This document shows, piece by piece, positions 19,762 through 29,490 of a stretch of 64,000 bases of DNA; position 1 is the first letter of the stretch; every line of letters begins with the position of its first letter. Location: sequence record DRR723986_646; one strand, written 5' to 3'. The position numbers and the translations under genes were made by a program. Under the pieces are notes generated by a model. The model was not told where the DNA came from and searched no databases. It was given only the letters and a program-made list of their open reading frames with translations.

Positions 19762-20817
19762 TCAGCCGCCGCGCCGCTGGCGGGCGGCCTGGGCCAATTC
19801 TGCCAGCACGGTCTCCGTGTCCTTCCAGCTGATGCAGGAATCGGTAATGCTCTGGCCATAGGTCAGGGACTGCCCCGCGACCACGTCCTGGCGTCCTTCC
19901 ACCAGGTTGCTTTCGAGCATGATGCCGAAAATGCTACGGCTGCCCCGTGCCACCTGGGTGGCGATGTCGTTAGCTACATCAACCTGGCGCGCCGGGATCT
20001 TGCGACTGTTGGCATGACTGGCGTCGATCATGATGCGGCTCGGCAGGCCGGCGCGGGTCAGCATGTCACTGGCGTCGTCGACCGAAAACATATCGTAGTT
20101 CGGGTGCTTGCCGCCGCGCAGGATGATGTGGCAATCCTCGTTCCCGGTTGTCTGGAAAATCGCTGAATGCCCCTGCTTGGTGACCGACAGAAAGTGGTGC
20201 GGCTGTGAGGCCGACTTGATGGCATCGATCGCAACCTGGATATCGCCGTCGGTGGCATTTTTGAACCCAACCGGGCAGGACAGCCCCGAAGACAGTTCGC
20301 GATGGGTCTGGCTCTCGGTCGTGCGGGCGCCGATCGCGCCCCAGGAGATCAGGTCGGCATAGTACTGGGGGCTGATGAGATCGAGGTACTCAGTACCGGC
20401 AGGCAGACCCATGTCGGCGAGGTCCAGCAACAGCTGCCGGGCCAGGTGCAGTCCCTTGTTGATCTGGAACGTGTTGTTCAGGTCCGGGTCATTGATCAAC
20501 CCCTTCCAGCCTACCGTGGTGCGGGGCTTCTCGAAGTAAACCCGCATAACGATGAACAGGTTCTCCGACAGGCGCGCCGCCGCTTCCTTCAAGCGCCCGG
20601 CATAATCCCGGGCCGCCACCGGATCGTGGATCGAACAGGGTCCCACGATAACGAGGAGGCGATCGTCCTCACCGGTCAAGATGCGGTGTATCGTCTGTCT
20701 CGCGACCGAGACGGTCTCAGCGGCCGCGTCACTGACAGCTATGTCGCTGATCAGCTGCTCCGGCGCAATCAGTTCATTGGTCTTCTGGATCCGGAGATCA
20801 TCGGTGTTCAACAGCAT
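19762..20817 (-). CDS. aroG: 3-deoxy-7-phosphoheptulonate (DAHP) synthase, class I-alpha
   Basis: GPCSIHD, MRVYFEKPRTTVGWKG, IGARTTESQ, GFKN, DASHANS and YGQSITD motifs. The aroF/G/H isoform cannot be resolved. Confidence 0.93.
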   Translation of the reverse strand: MLLNTDDLRIQKTNELIAPEQLISDIAVSDAAAETVSVARQTIHRILTGEDDRLLVIVGPCSIHDPVAARDYAGRLKEAAARLSENLFIVMRVYFEKPRTTVGWKGLINDPDLNNTFQINKGLHLARQLLLDLADMGLPAGTEYLDLISPQYYADLISWGAIGARTTESQTHRELSSGLSCPVGFKNATDGDIQVAIDAIKSASQPHHFLSVTKQGHSAIFQTTGNEDCHIILRGGKHPNYDMFSVDDASDMLTRAGLPSRIMIDASHANSRKIPARQVDVANDIATQVARGSRSIFGIMLESNLVEGRQDVVAGQSLTYGQSITDSCISWKDTETVLAELAQAARQRRGG

Positions 20818-21116
20818 GTCGTTGCCCTTTCCCTACACTGGCCGGCGGGACAGGTCGCCGGCGGGCGCGTAATATAGCATGCAGCGGGCCTCCCGGTCAC
20901 AGCCAAACAGCAGCGTAAACAGCGGCTGTCGGAGCCGGCTGGACGCCCGGCGGACCGGCACTCAGATTTCCGTGAACTGATGCAATACTGTCGATTTACC
21001 GGGATATTGGCAGCAATATAGTCCATGTAAATAGCAAGATAGTGACTATGGGCGAACGCCCGCCAGTGCTATGATTCCGCTGCTTTTTTGACCAATAATG
21101 AGATCCGAGGTGGACC

Positions 21117-22520
21117 ATGTCAGAGCAAATGACCCCGCAACAGGAAATAGCGATCCTGATCGAGCGCTCCCGCAAGGCGCAGCAGCAGATCGCCGACTAC
21201 ACCCAGGAACAGGTCGACAACCTGATCCGTGCCATGGTCTACGCGGTGGCCCGCGAGGACCGCGCCGAGGAAATCGCCCAGTTTACGGTCGAGGAAACGC
21301 AGCTCGGTAACTACGAGGGCAAATACCTCAAGATCCACCGTAAAACGCGTGCGACCCTGCTCGACATCATCCACGACAAATCGGTCGGCATCATTGAAGA
21401 GGACGCGGAGCGCAACCTGGTGAAGATCGCCAAGCCGGTCGGTGTCATCGGTGCCCTGTCGCCGTCCACCAACCCGGAAGCAACCCCGGTCATCAAGGCC
21501 ATCTCCGCGGTCAAGGGCCGCAACTCGATCATCATCGCGCCGCACCCCCGGGCGAAGCTGACCAACAAGAAAATTGTCGACTACATGCGCGATGCTATCG
21601 AGCGCTGCGGCGGCCCGGCGGACCTGGTCATCGGCATCGAGACGCCGTCTATCGAGTCCACCAACGAACTGATGCGCCAGTGCGATCGTATTCTCGCCAC
21701 CGGCGGCGGTGCGATGGTCAATGCCGCCTACTCCAGCGGCACCCCAGCGCTGGGCGTGGGTGTGGGCAACGCCTGTATCTGTGTGGATGAGAGCGCGAAT
21801 CTTGATGAGGCCGCCGACAAGATCCGGGTGTCGAAAACCCTGGACCTCGCGGCCTCCTGTTCCTCCGATAACTCGGTGCTGGTATTCGAATCCATTTATG
21901 ACGAGTTCCTCGAGAAACTGAAGCACGAGGGCGGCTACGTGGTAAACGAGGAGGAGAAGGCCAAACTGCAGGCAGCCCTGTGGAAAGACGGCGCACTCAA
22001 CGTGAATATCGTCGCCCAGCCGGCCTACAAGATCGCTGGCATGGCCGGTATCGAAATGCCCGAGGGCAAGCAGTTCATCATCGTCCCGGAAACTGGGGCG
22101 GGCCCTGACCACCCCTTCTCCGGCGAAAAGCTGTCGGTGACCATGGCACTGTACAAGGTCAAGGATATTGAGCACGCGGTGCGCCTGACCAACGAGATCC
22201 AGGCCTACCAGGGCCAGGGCCACTCCTGTGGCATCTACTCGTACAATGATGACAACATCATGACCTTCGCCAACGGCACCAAGACCTCACGGGTCATGGT
22301 CAACCAGCCCCAGGCCGCCTCCAATAGCGGCAACCTGTGGAACGGTATGCGCCAGACTTTCTCCCTGGGCTGTGGTTCCTGGGGCAATAACTCGGTCAAC
22401 CACAACATCACCTGGCGCGACCTGATCAACGAGACCTGGGTGTCCCGCCCGTTGGCCACAACCAAGGTGATTCCAAGCGACGAGGAATTGTTCGGCGAGG
22501 TCATGGCCAGGTTCGACTAG
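21117..22520 (+). CDS. CoA-acylating aldehyde dehydrogenase (AdhE-N/EutE/SucD/SauS family)
   Basis: KPVGVIGALSPSTNP, KGRNSIIIAPHPRA, ATGGGAMVNAAYSSGTPALGVGVGN, catalytic-Cys region KTLDLAASCSSDNS, GEKLS, GHS and SLGCGSWG motifs. Confidence 0.88.
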   Translation: MSEQMTPQQEIAILIERSRKAQQQIADYTQEQVDNLIRAMVYAVAREDRAEEIAQFTVEETQLGNYEGKYLKIHRKTRATLLDIIHDKSVGIIEEDAERNLVKIAKPVGVIGALSPSTNPEATPVIKAISAVKGRNSIIIAPHPRAKLTNKKIVDYMRDAIERCGGPADLVIGIETPSIESTNELMRQCDRILATGGGAMVNAAYSSGTPALGVGVGNACICVDESANLDEAADKIRVSKTLDLAASCSSDNSVLVFESIYDEFLEKLKHEGGYVVNEEEKAKLQAALWKDGALNVNIVAQPAYKIAGMAGIEMPEGKQFIIVPETGAGPDHPFSGEKLSVTMALYKVKDIEHAVRLTNEIQAYQGQGHSCGIYSYNDDNIMTFANGTKTSRVMVNQPQAASNSGNLWNGMRQTFSLGCGSWGNNSVNHNITWRDLINETWVSRPLATTKVIPSDEELFGEVMARFD

Positions 22521-22530
22521 ACTCGCCGCC

Positions 22531-23691
22531 ATGGATTTCTCCCTGACTGATGATCAGCAGGCGTTCGTAGAGAGCGCCCGCGCATTCTCCCTGGGCGCGC
22601 TCGCGCCCCACGCGGCAGAGTGGGACGAGAAGGCCCACTTTCCGAAAGACGTTCTCGCCGAAGCCGGTGCACTTGGCTTCATGGGCATGTACACCCCCGA
22701 ATCGGCGGGCGGCCTGGGGCTGCCCCGGCTGGACGCAAGCCTGATTGTCGAGGAACTGGCCCGGGGTTGCACCACGACCACGGCTTTCCTGACGATCCAC
22801 AATATGGCCACCAGCATGATCGGCAAGTACTGCAGTGAGGCAGCCGTCGAGCAGTGGTGTCCCGACCTGGTCGCCGGCAGCAAGCTCGCCTCCTACTGCC
22901 TCACAGAACCCGGCGCAGGTTCCGATGCCGGTTCCCTGCGCACCTCCGCGGTGCTGGAGGGTGACCACTATGTGGTGAATGGCAGCAAGGTGTTCATCTC
23001 CGGCGCCGGAGAGACCGATGTACTGGTCGTGATGACCCGCACCGGCGACGCAGGACCCAAGGGCGTGACCGCGCTGCTGATCCCTGCGGACGCCGAGGGC
23101 GTCGGTTACGGGAAGAAAGAAGCCAAGATGGGCTGGAATGCACAACCCACCCGCATGGTGACCTTTGACAACGTCCGGGTGCCGGTTGGCAACCGACTGG
23201 GCAGCGAGGGTCAGGGTTTTGCGATCGCGATGGAAGGACTGGACGGCGGGCGGATCAATATCGCCACCTGCAGTATCGGCACCGCCCAGCAGGCGCTGGA
23301 AGAAGCAACCGCCTATGTCCAGGAGCGCAAGCAGTTCGGTAGCAGCATCGCCGAATTCCAGGCTACCCAGTTCAAGCTGGCCGACATGCTCACCGAACTG
23401 GTGGCGGCGCGACAGATGGTGCGCCTGGCCGCCAGCAAGCTGGACCAGGGTGATCCCCAGGCCACCACCTATTGCGCCATGGCCAAGCGTTTCGCCACCG
23501 ACGTCGGTTTCGATGTCTGCAACGATGCACTGCAGCTGTTCGGCGGTTACGGCTATATCAAGGAATACCCCATGGAGCGCCATGTGCGCGACACCCGGGT
23601 GCACCAGATTCTCGAGGGCACCAACGAAATCATGCGGGTTATCATTTCCCGCCGTCTGCTGATGGACGGCGCACTGGAGGTTATTAAATGA
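22531..23691 (+). CDS. Acyl-CoA dehydrogenase (isobutyryl-CoA dehydrogenase-like)
   Basis: SYCLTEPGAGSDA, NGSKVFISG, KMGWNAQPT, GGRINIATCS, GGYGY and HQILEGTNEIMR motifs. Confidence 0.92.
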   Translation: MDFSLTDDQQAFVESARAFSLGALAPHAAEWDEKAHFPKDVLAEAGALGFMGMYTPESAGGLGLPRLDASLIVEELARGCTTTTAFLTIHNMATSMIGKYCSEAAVEQWCPDLVAGSKLASYCLTEPGAGSDAGSLRTSAVLEGDHYVVNGSKVFISGAGETDVLVVMTRTGDAGPKGVTALLIPADAEGVGYGKKEAKMGWNAQPTRMVTFDNVRVPVGNRLGSEGQGFAIAMEGLDGGRINIATCSIGTAQQALEEATAYVQERKQFGSSIAEFQATQFKLADMLTELVAARQMVRLAASKLDQGDPQATTYCAMAKRFATDVGFDVCNDALQLFGGYGYIKEYPMERHVRDTRVHQILEGTNEIMRVIISRRLLMDGALEVIK

Positions 23692-24476
23692 GCCTGAGTA
23701 CATCCGACAAGCTGAAAGTTGAGATCAGGGGACACACCGCGCTGGTCACTATCGACAATCCCGCAGCGAACACCTGGGACACGGAGAGCCTGCCGGCCCT
23801 CAAGGACCTGGTGGAAAAGCTCAACGCCGATCGCTCCATCTTCGCTCTGGTGCTGACCGGCGCCGGCGACAAATTTTTCTCCGCGGGCGCTGATCTCAAA
23901 CTGTTTGCAGACGGCGACCCGGAAACGGCCCGGGCGATGGCCGAGTACTTTGGTGCGGGCTTTGAGTGCCTGGCGGATTTCCGCGGGGTCTCCATCGCCG
24001 CGATTAACGGCTTCGCTATGGGTGGCGGCTTGGAAGTCGCCCTCGCCTGTGACATCCGCATCGCCGAGGAACAGGCGCAGATGGCGCTGCCGGAAGCGAA
24101 AGTTGGCCTGTTGCCCTGCGCCGGCGGCACCCAGCGCCTTGCCTGGCTGGTTGGCGAAGGCTGGGCCAAGAAAATGATCATGTGTGGTGAGCGGGTCAAG
24201 GCCGACACCGCGGAGCGTATCGGGCTGGTGGAAGAAGTCGTCCCCACCGGCACGGCGCTGGAGCGGGCGCTGGCGCTGGCCGAACAGGTCGGCGAGCAGA
24301 GCCCGATCTCGGTAACCTTCTGCAAGGAACTGGTACACCGGGCACGGGATTCCGCGATGGAGGGCGCCCTGCCCCTGGAGCGGCAAAAGTTTGTCGACCT
24401 GTTTGGCACTGAAGACCAGAAGGAAGGTGTGAATGCCTTCCTTGAGAAGCGCAAGCCGGTATGGAAGAACTGCTGA
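23688..24476 (+). CDS. Enoyl-CoA hydratase (methacrylyl-CoA hydratase-like)
   Basis: FFSAGADL, AMGGGLE and LPEAKVGLLP motifs; ATGA overlap with the upstream gene. Confidence 0.9.
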   Translation: MSLSTSDKLKVEIRGHTALVTIDNPAANTWDTESLPALKDLVEKLNADRSIFALVLTGAGDKFFSAGADLKLFADGDPETARAMAEYFGAGFECLADFRGVSIAAINGFAMGGGLEVALACDIRIAEEQAQMALPEAKVGLLPCAGGTQRLAWLVGEGWAKKMIMCGERVKADTAERIGLVEEVVPTGTALERALALAEQVGEQSPISVTFCKELVHRARDSAMEGALPLERQKFVDLFGTEDQKEGVNAFLEKRKPVWKNC

Positions 24477-25591
24477 TGAGTTCACCTGTTGTCTTTGCAG
24501 AAGTCGCGGCCGCTGGCGGCAAACTCGGACGCATAAGCCTCAACGTCCCGGAGACGCTGAACTCCCTGACCCTGGAAATGGTAGACCTGCTCCAGGCGCA
24601 GCTCGACGCGTGGCGCGACGACGAGACCATTGGCGCGATCTTCATCGACGGGGCGACTGACAAGGCATTCTGCGCCGGTGGTGACGTGCAGGCCCTGCAC
24701 GCCTCCGCCGTGGCAACGCCAGGCGGGCCCTGCGAATATGCCGAGACGTTTTTCGCCCGGGAATACCGGATGAACTACAGCCTGCATACCTACCCCAAGC
24801 CGTTGATCTGCTGGGGTCATGGCATCGTCATGGGCGGCGGCCTAGGCGTCATGGCCGGCTGTTCCCATCGCATTGTTACTGAGAAAACCCGCATTGCCAT
24901 GCCCGAGGTGACCATCGCCCTGTTCCCGGATGTGGGCGGCAGCTGGTTCCTCAATCACATGCCGGGCAGCGCCGGTGAATTCCTGGCCCTGACCGGGGCA
25001 TCGATCAACGCTGCAGACGCTATCTATACCGGTATCGCCGATCGTTTCATTGCCAGCGAGCACAAGGATGAGGTGCTGGCTGGCCTGCTGGCGCAGAATT
25101 TCAGCAGTGACGACGAGCATAACCACGCCCTGGTTCACCATACCCTGCGTCCCTTCGCCGAACGCAGCAGCGCGAGCTGCCCGCCGGGGCAGGTCGAAGC
25201 GCACATGGCGACGATCAACACACTATGCGATGGCGACAACGTGCACGACATTATCGATAACATTGTCGGACAGGACACGGAAGACCCCTGGCTCGCCCGG
25301 GCCCGGGACAGCCTTGCCCATGGGTCGAGCTTTGCGGCACGCTGGATTCATCGCCAGCTCTGGGAAACGCGACACGCGTCACTGCGGGAAGTGTTCCAGG
25401 CTGAGATTCAGCTGGTGACCAACGTGGTACGCGATCCGGAATTCGCGGAAGGCGTGCGTGCCCTGCTGATCGACAAGGATCGCAATCCCCAGTGGCAGTA
25501 CCCGAGCTCGCGCGACGTGCCGGATGTGGTGCTGGATAAGTTTTTCACAGCGCCCTGGCCAAAGAACCCGCTGGCCGATCTGGGCAGCTAA
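24476..25591 (+). CDS. 3-hydroxyisobutyryl-CoA hydrolase-like crotonase
   Basis: AFCAGGDV, EYRMNY, GIVMGGG, AMPEVTIALFPDVG and FAEGVRALLIDKD motifs; TGATG coupling at 24474-24478. Confidence 0.88.
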   Translation: MSSPVVFAEVAAAGGKLGRISLNVPETLNSLTLEMVDLLQAQLDAWRDDETIGAIFIDGATDKAFCAGGDVQALHASAVATPGGPCEYAETFFAREYRMNYSLHTYPKPLICWGHGIVMGGGLGVMAGCSHRIVTEKTRIAMPEVTIALFPDVGGSWFLNHMPGSAGEFLALTGASINAADAIYTGIADRFIASEHKDEVLAGLLAQNFSSDDEHNHALVHHTLRPFAERSSASCPPGQVEAHMATINTLCDGDNVHDIIDNIVGQDTEDPWLARARDSLAHGSSFAARWIHRQLWETRHASLREVFQAEIQLVTNVVRDPEFAEGVRALLIDKDRNPQWQYPSSRDVPDVVLDKFFTAPWPKNPLADLGS

Positions 25592-25619
25592 CGACAATAA
25601 CCGCAACGAGGACACAGAC

Positions 25620-26504
25620 ATGGCGAAGGTAGCCTTTATCGGCCTGGGGAACATGGGCGGGCCTATGGCCAAGAACCTGGTAAAGGCGGGTCACCAGGTG
25701 ACCGTCTTCGACCTGGTGGCAGAAGCCTGTGCCGACCTGGAGCGTGCCGGAGCCAGCGTCGCCGCCAGCACTGGGGCCGCGGCCCAGGGCGCGGACTACG
25801 TAATTTCCATGTTGCCCGCCGGCAAACACGTCGCCGGGGTTTACCTCGGCGATGACGGCCTGCTGGCCAGTTTAGAGAGCCACGTGACCGTGCTGGATTG
25901 CAGCACGATCGATGCCGCTACGTCCCGTGAGGTCGGTGCAGCTGCTGCCGCCGCAGGTATCGGCTTCATGGACTCGCCGGTATCCGGCGGCGTGGCGGCT
26001 GCGGCCGCCGGCACCCTCGCCTTCATGTGCGGCGGCAGCGCCGACACCTTCGAGAAGGCCCGGCTGATCCTTAAGGACATGGGCAAGAATATATTTCACG
26101 CGGGACCACACGGCGCCGGTCAGGTGGCCAAGGGCTGTAATAACATGCTGTTGGCCATCCACATGATTGGTACCTGCGAAGCACTGGAGATGGGAGCTCG
26201 CAACGGCCTGGACCCAAAGGTGTTATCGGAGATCATGCTCGCCAGTTCCGGGCGCAACTGGTCGCTGGAGGTTTACAACCCCTACCCCGGCGTCATGGAA
26301 AATGCGCCTGCCAGCAACGACTACAAACCCGGCTTCATGGTTGACCTGATGGTCAAGGACCTTGGCCTGGCGATGGGTATTGCCGACAGCTCCGGCGTCG
26401 AGAACCAGATGGGCAAGCTGGCCCAGGCGCTCTTCGAGAAACACCAGCAGGCCGGCAACGGCCAGCGCGATTTTTCCAGCGTGCTGCAGCAATTGCAGGA
26501 CTAG
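25620..26504 (+). CDS. mmsB: 3-hydroxyisobutyrate dehydrogenase
   Basis: FIGLGNMGGPMA, DSPVSGG..AAAGTLAFMCGG, GQVAKGCNNMLL and SSGRNWSLE.YNPYPG motifs; GAGG RBS before ATG 25620. Confidence 0.93.
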   Translation: MAKVAFIGLGNMGGPMAKNLVKAGHQVTVFDLVAEACADLERAGASVAASTGAAAQGADYVISMLPAGKHVAGVYLGDDGLLASLESHVTVLDCSTIDAATSREVGAAAAAAGIGFMDSPVSGGVAAAAAGTLAFMCGGSADTFEKARLILKDMGKNIFHAGPHGAGQVAKGCNNMLLAIHMIGTCEALEMGARNGLDPKVLSEIMLASSGRNWSLEVYNPYPGVMENAPASNDYKPGFMVDLMVKDLGLAMGIADSSGVENQMGKLAQALFEKHQQAGNGQRDFSSVLQQLQD

Positions 26505-26506
26505 GC

Positions 26507-27376
26507 ATGCTGTCGCCCGCGGCGCGACTCGCTGAGCTGGCGGCGCAATCGCGCGTACATTCTACGCCGCTGGGCTCTGGCGCGCTGGTCTGGCGTGAAT
26601 GGCAGGGTCCGGCGTCAGCAAAGAACGCCCCTCCCCTTCTGCTCCTGCACGGCGGCTTCGGCAGCTGGACCCACTGGGCGGCCAACCTACCCGGACTAAT
26701 GCACCAGCGCACTGTGTGGACCCTGGACCTGCCTGGCCTGGGTGAATCCACAGACCTGCCACCGCCGTTCACCACCGAACACTTTGCGGAAGTCATTGCA
26801 GACAGTCTCGACCAGATACTCGGGCAACAGTCGGCGTTTGAACTCGCGGGTTTCAGCTTTGGTGGCATGCTGGGCGCGCACCTTGCGTTACTGGTCGGCG
26901 ACCGCTGTGAAAAACTCGTGCTTATAGGCGCTGCCGGCTGTGGCACCTTGCATCACCAGGTCAGCCTCCTGACCCCACCCGATGACACCACCCCTCCGAT
27001 GGAAGCAGCGGCCATTCACCGGGAGAATCTTGCCCGCTTGATGATCGCCGACCCGGCGAGGATCGACGACCTGGCCATCTACATTCACGCTGATAACCTT
27101 GCCCGACACCGATTCCGCAGCCGCAAGCTGGCTGGCAGCGATGACCTGCTACGCGTGTTGCCTAACATCACGGCGCCGCTGCTCGGAATCTGGGGAGCCC
27201 TGGACCCAACCGCCGGCGGGCAGGCGGACCTGCAAGCCCGCCGGGCGCTGTTCAGTGAGGCGCAGGCTGACAGCGCATTTCATATCCTACCGGGCATCGG
27301 CCACTGGGCGATGTACGAGGCACCTGAGACGGTGAATGCGCTGTTGCTGGGCGAGGCTAGGACAGAAGCCGGGTAA
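26507..27376 (+). CDS. Alpha/beta fold hydrolase
   Basis: LLLHGGFGSWTHW, DLPGLG, nucleophile elbow GFSFGG and GHWAMYE motifs. Confidence 0.87.
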   Translation: MLSPAARLAELAAQSRVHSTPLGSGALVWREWQGPASAKNAPPLLLLHGGFGSWTHWAANLPGLMHQRTVWTLDLPGLGESTDLPPPFTTEHFAEVIADSLDQILGQQSAFELAGFSFGGMLGAHLALLVGDRCEKLVLIGAAGCGTLHHQVSLLTPPDDTTPPMEAAAIHRENLARLMIADPARIDDLAIYIHADNLARHRFRSRKLAGSDDLLRVLPNITAPLLGIWGALDPTAGGQADLQARRALFSEAQADSAFHILPGIGHWAMYEAPETVNALLLGEARTEAG

Positions 27377-28706
27377 CACTGCGCGAGGCCGATATCCTGC
27401 CCTCGTCGAAGAACGCCTCGTGGTTGACTTCAATCCGTGAGAGGTCGTACAGGTAGTTCACCATGATACCGGCAGACTGCTTGCGGCCCTTGGGAGAGAG
27501 ATCCGCGCCACCGTGAATTCTGTGCAGGCGCGCGCCGTTGCCCAGATGGAACCGCGCGACCGGGTCCCGGGGCAGCTCACCGGACTTCACGTTAAGCAGG
27601 TAATGGGCGCACAGGCGGATGTGGGCCTCGTAGACTTCAGAACGAATCACGCTGCCTACCGGCTCCCGCACCGCCGCATCGAGATGCTCTGGGACCAGCT
27701 CACTGAGATCTGCATCCTGCAACCAGCGACAGAACCCGGGCACCGGTGACAGGGTCACGAAGGTCCGCAACCACGGCATCTCACGGCTCAACTCCTCTAC
27801 CACGTTCTTGATCAGGAAGTTGCCAAAGGATACGCCGGCCAGACCGGGATGGCAGTTACTGATGGAGTAGAACACAACCGTTGTCGGTTTATGAGTGACC
27901 GACATGTCTCGCTCCTGCTGCAACAGCGGGGCTATGGCACCAGGCAGCGCGTCAGTGAGCGCAATTTCAACAAACACCAGTGGGTCGTCGTCCAGGGCAG
28001 GATGGAAGAATGCAAAACAGCGGCGGTCCTCGCGCAGCCGGTTACGCAGGTCATCCCAGCCATTAATCTGGTGGACCGCCTCGTAATCAATAATCTTCTC
28101 CAGTACCGATGCCGGCGAATCCCAACTGATCTGCCGCAGCTCAAGAAAGCCCTTGTTGAACCAGGAGATAAACAGGTGCTTCAGATCGCTGTCCACCGGG
28201 CGCAGCTCGGGCATGGTTTTCAGGTGGGGTAGCAGGTCTCCACGCATGGCTACCAGGCAGGCAGTGCCGTCAGGTGCCATATTGATCCGGCGAAACAGTT
28301 TCTGCCTGGGCGCCTCAACGCTCCGGGCAATGCTGGCCAGGGCCTCCGCTCCACCCTCATCACGGTAGCGTTCCGCCGCAGCCAGAACCTGCTCCCGATC
28401 GACGTCGAAATCGTTCAGCAAGTGATCAAAAAACGCGGTTCGCTCGCCTTCCGGCAACTCGCGGTACGCGCGGGTCACCTCGCTGGCCAATGCCAGGCCG
28501 GAAGCCTCGCCACGATGATCCAGAAGTTCGCGGCACTGCGATACCAGTCGGTCGAGACAACCGGCCATACCGGCTGACGCCGAACGGCGCCGGGCGAGGA
28601 TTTCCCGGCCGGCGTCCAGCACCGAGTTAAACGTCCTCTCGAGCGCGGTGAAGCGCGACGGCGCCTGCTCCCGCGCAGGGTCTATTTCGGGCAATTCCGA
28701 AGACAT
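27357..28706 (-). CDS. Malonyl-CoA decarboxylase
   Basis: WFNKGFL, LEKIIDYEAVH, DRRCFAFFHP, FYSISNC, GVSFGNFLIK, FVTLSPVPGF and DPVARFHLGNGA motifs. Confidence 0.93.
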   Translation of the reverse strand: MSSELPEIDPAREQAPSRFTALERTFNSVLDAGREILARRRSASAGMAGCLDRLVSQCRELLDHRGEASGLALASEVTRAYRELPEGERTAFFDHLLNDFDVDREQVLAAAERYRDEGGAEALASIARSVEAPRQKLFRRINMAPDGTACLVAMRGDLLPHLKTMPELRPVDSDLKHLFISWFNKGFLELRQISWDSPASVLEKIIDYEAVHQINGWDDLRNRLREDRRCFAFFHPALDDDPLVFVEIALTDALPGAIAPLLQQERDMSVTHKPTTVVFYSISNCHPGLAGVSFGNFLIKNVVEELSREMPWLRTFVTLSPVPGFCRWLQDADLSELVPEHLDAAVREPVGSVIRSEVYEAHIRLCAHYLLNVKSGELPRDPVARFHLGNGARLHRIHGGADLSPKGRKQSAGIMVNYLYDLSRIEVNHEAFFDEGRISASRSVTRLLS

Positions 28707-28935
28707 GAAACAATCCTTCGTTAAACACAAGCGTGCGCGTCATCTGCGCGTCCAAGGGTCTAACATAACCCAAGCATGACCCCCCAGCCACTAACACGGG
28801 AGGGTTAGGCCCCTCCCCCGGACTACCGTCGCGCTGGCCGCGGGAGCATGATCAAGCACCAGTCGTCGCGGCGACAGGTGTGACACCTTGATCTAAACTG
28901 AAGCCGGGTGAAACCTCGTGAGTTATGAATAAAAA

Positions 28936-29490
28936 ATGAACACCTTAAGAACCAGCGATTCATCCCCCCTTGTTATCTCAGAGCTGTCTCTCGCACCTTG
29001 GCCGGGCTACCTCGGATTGACGATCTGTCCCGGTAAAAAGGACCGTGATAGGCACTGGGATCGTGATCTGACCACAGACATTACTGTAATTCAGGGCTGG
29101 GGCGCGTCAACAGTAGTCACATTGATCGAGGATCACGAGCTTACGTTTCTAAAGGTCCAGGGACTTGGAGAAGCCGTGCGCGCTGCCGGTATGACTTGGC
29201 ATCACCTGCCAATAGTGGATGTAAGTATTCCTGACCAGCGCTTCAAGCAAGGCTGGCAGTACAATCGAGCCAGGCTTTATGAGCAGCTAAGTGAGAATCG
29301 TCGGATACTGATTCACTGTCGAGGCGGTCTCGGGCGGACTGGTTTGGTTGCCGGCGTAATCATGGTAGAGCTCGGATTCTCACCCGAGGAAGCCATTCAT
29401 CGGGTGCGTATGGCCCGCCCCCATGCGATAGAAACCTTCGATCAGGAAGAATATGTACGCAGTACGCGGAGGCTAGCTTCACATGAATGA
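28936..29490 (+). CDS. Dual-specificity/PTP-like phosphatase (CDKN3 family)
   Basis: CPGKK, WHHLPIVD, P-loop HCRGGLGRTG and AIET..QE motifs. Confidence 0.9.
   Translation: MNTLRTSDSSPLVISELSLAPWPGYLGLTICPGKKDRDRHWDRDLTTDITVIQGWGASTVVTLIEDHELTFLKVQGLGEAVRAAGMTWHHLPIVDVSIPDQRFKQGWQYNRARLYEQLSENRRILIHCRGGLGRTGLVAGVIMVELGFSPEEAIHRVRMARPHAIETFDQEEYVRSTRRLASHE

Noticed and set aside
21120-24485. Long antisense ORFs (367, 400 and 310 aa) and similar shadow ORFs across the window
   Set aside because: They mirror well-supported genes on the opposite strand, as expected in high-GC DNA, and have no domain motifs.
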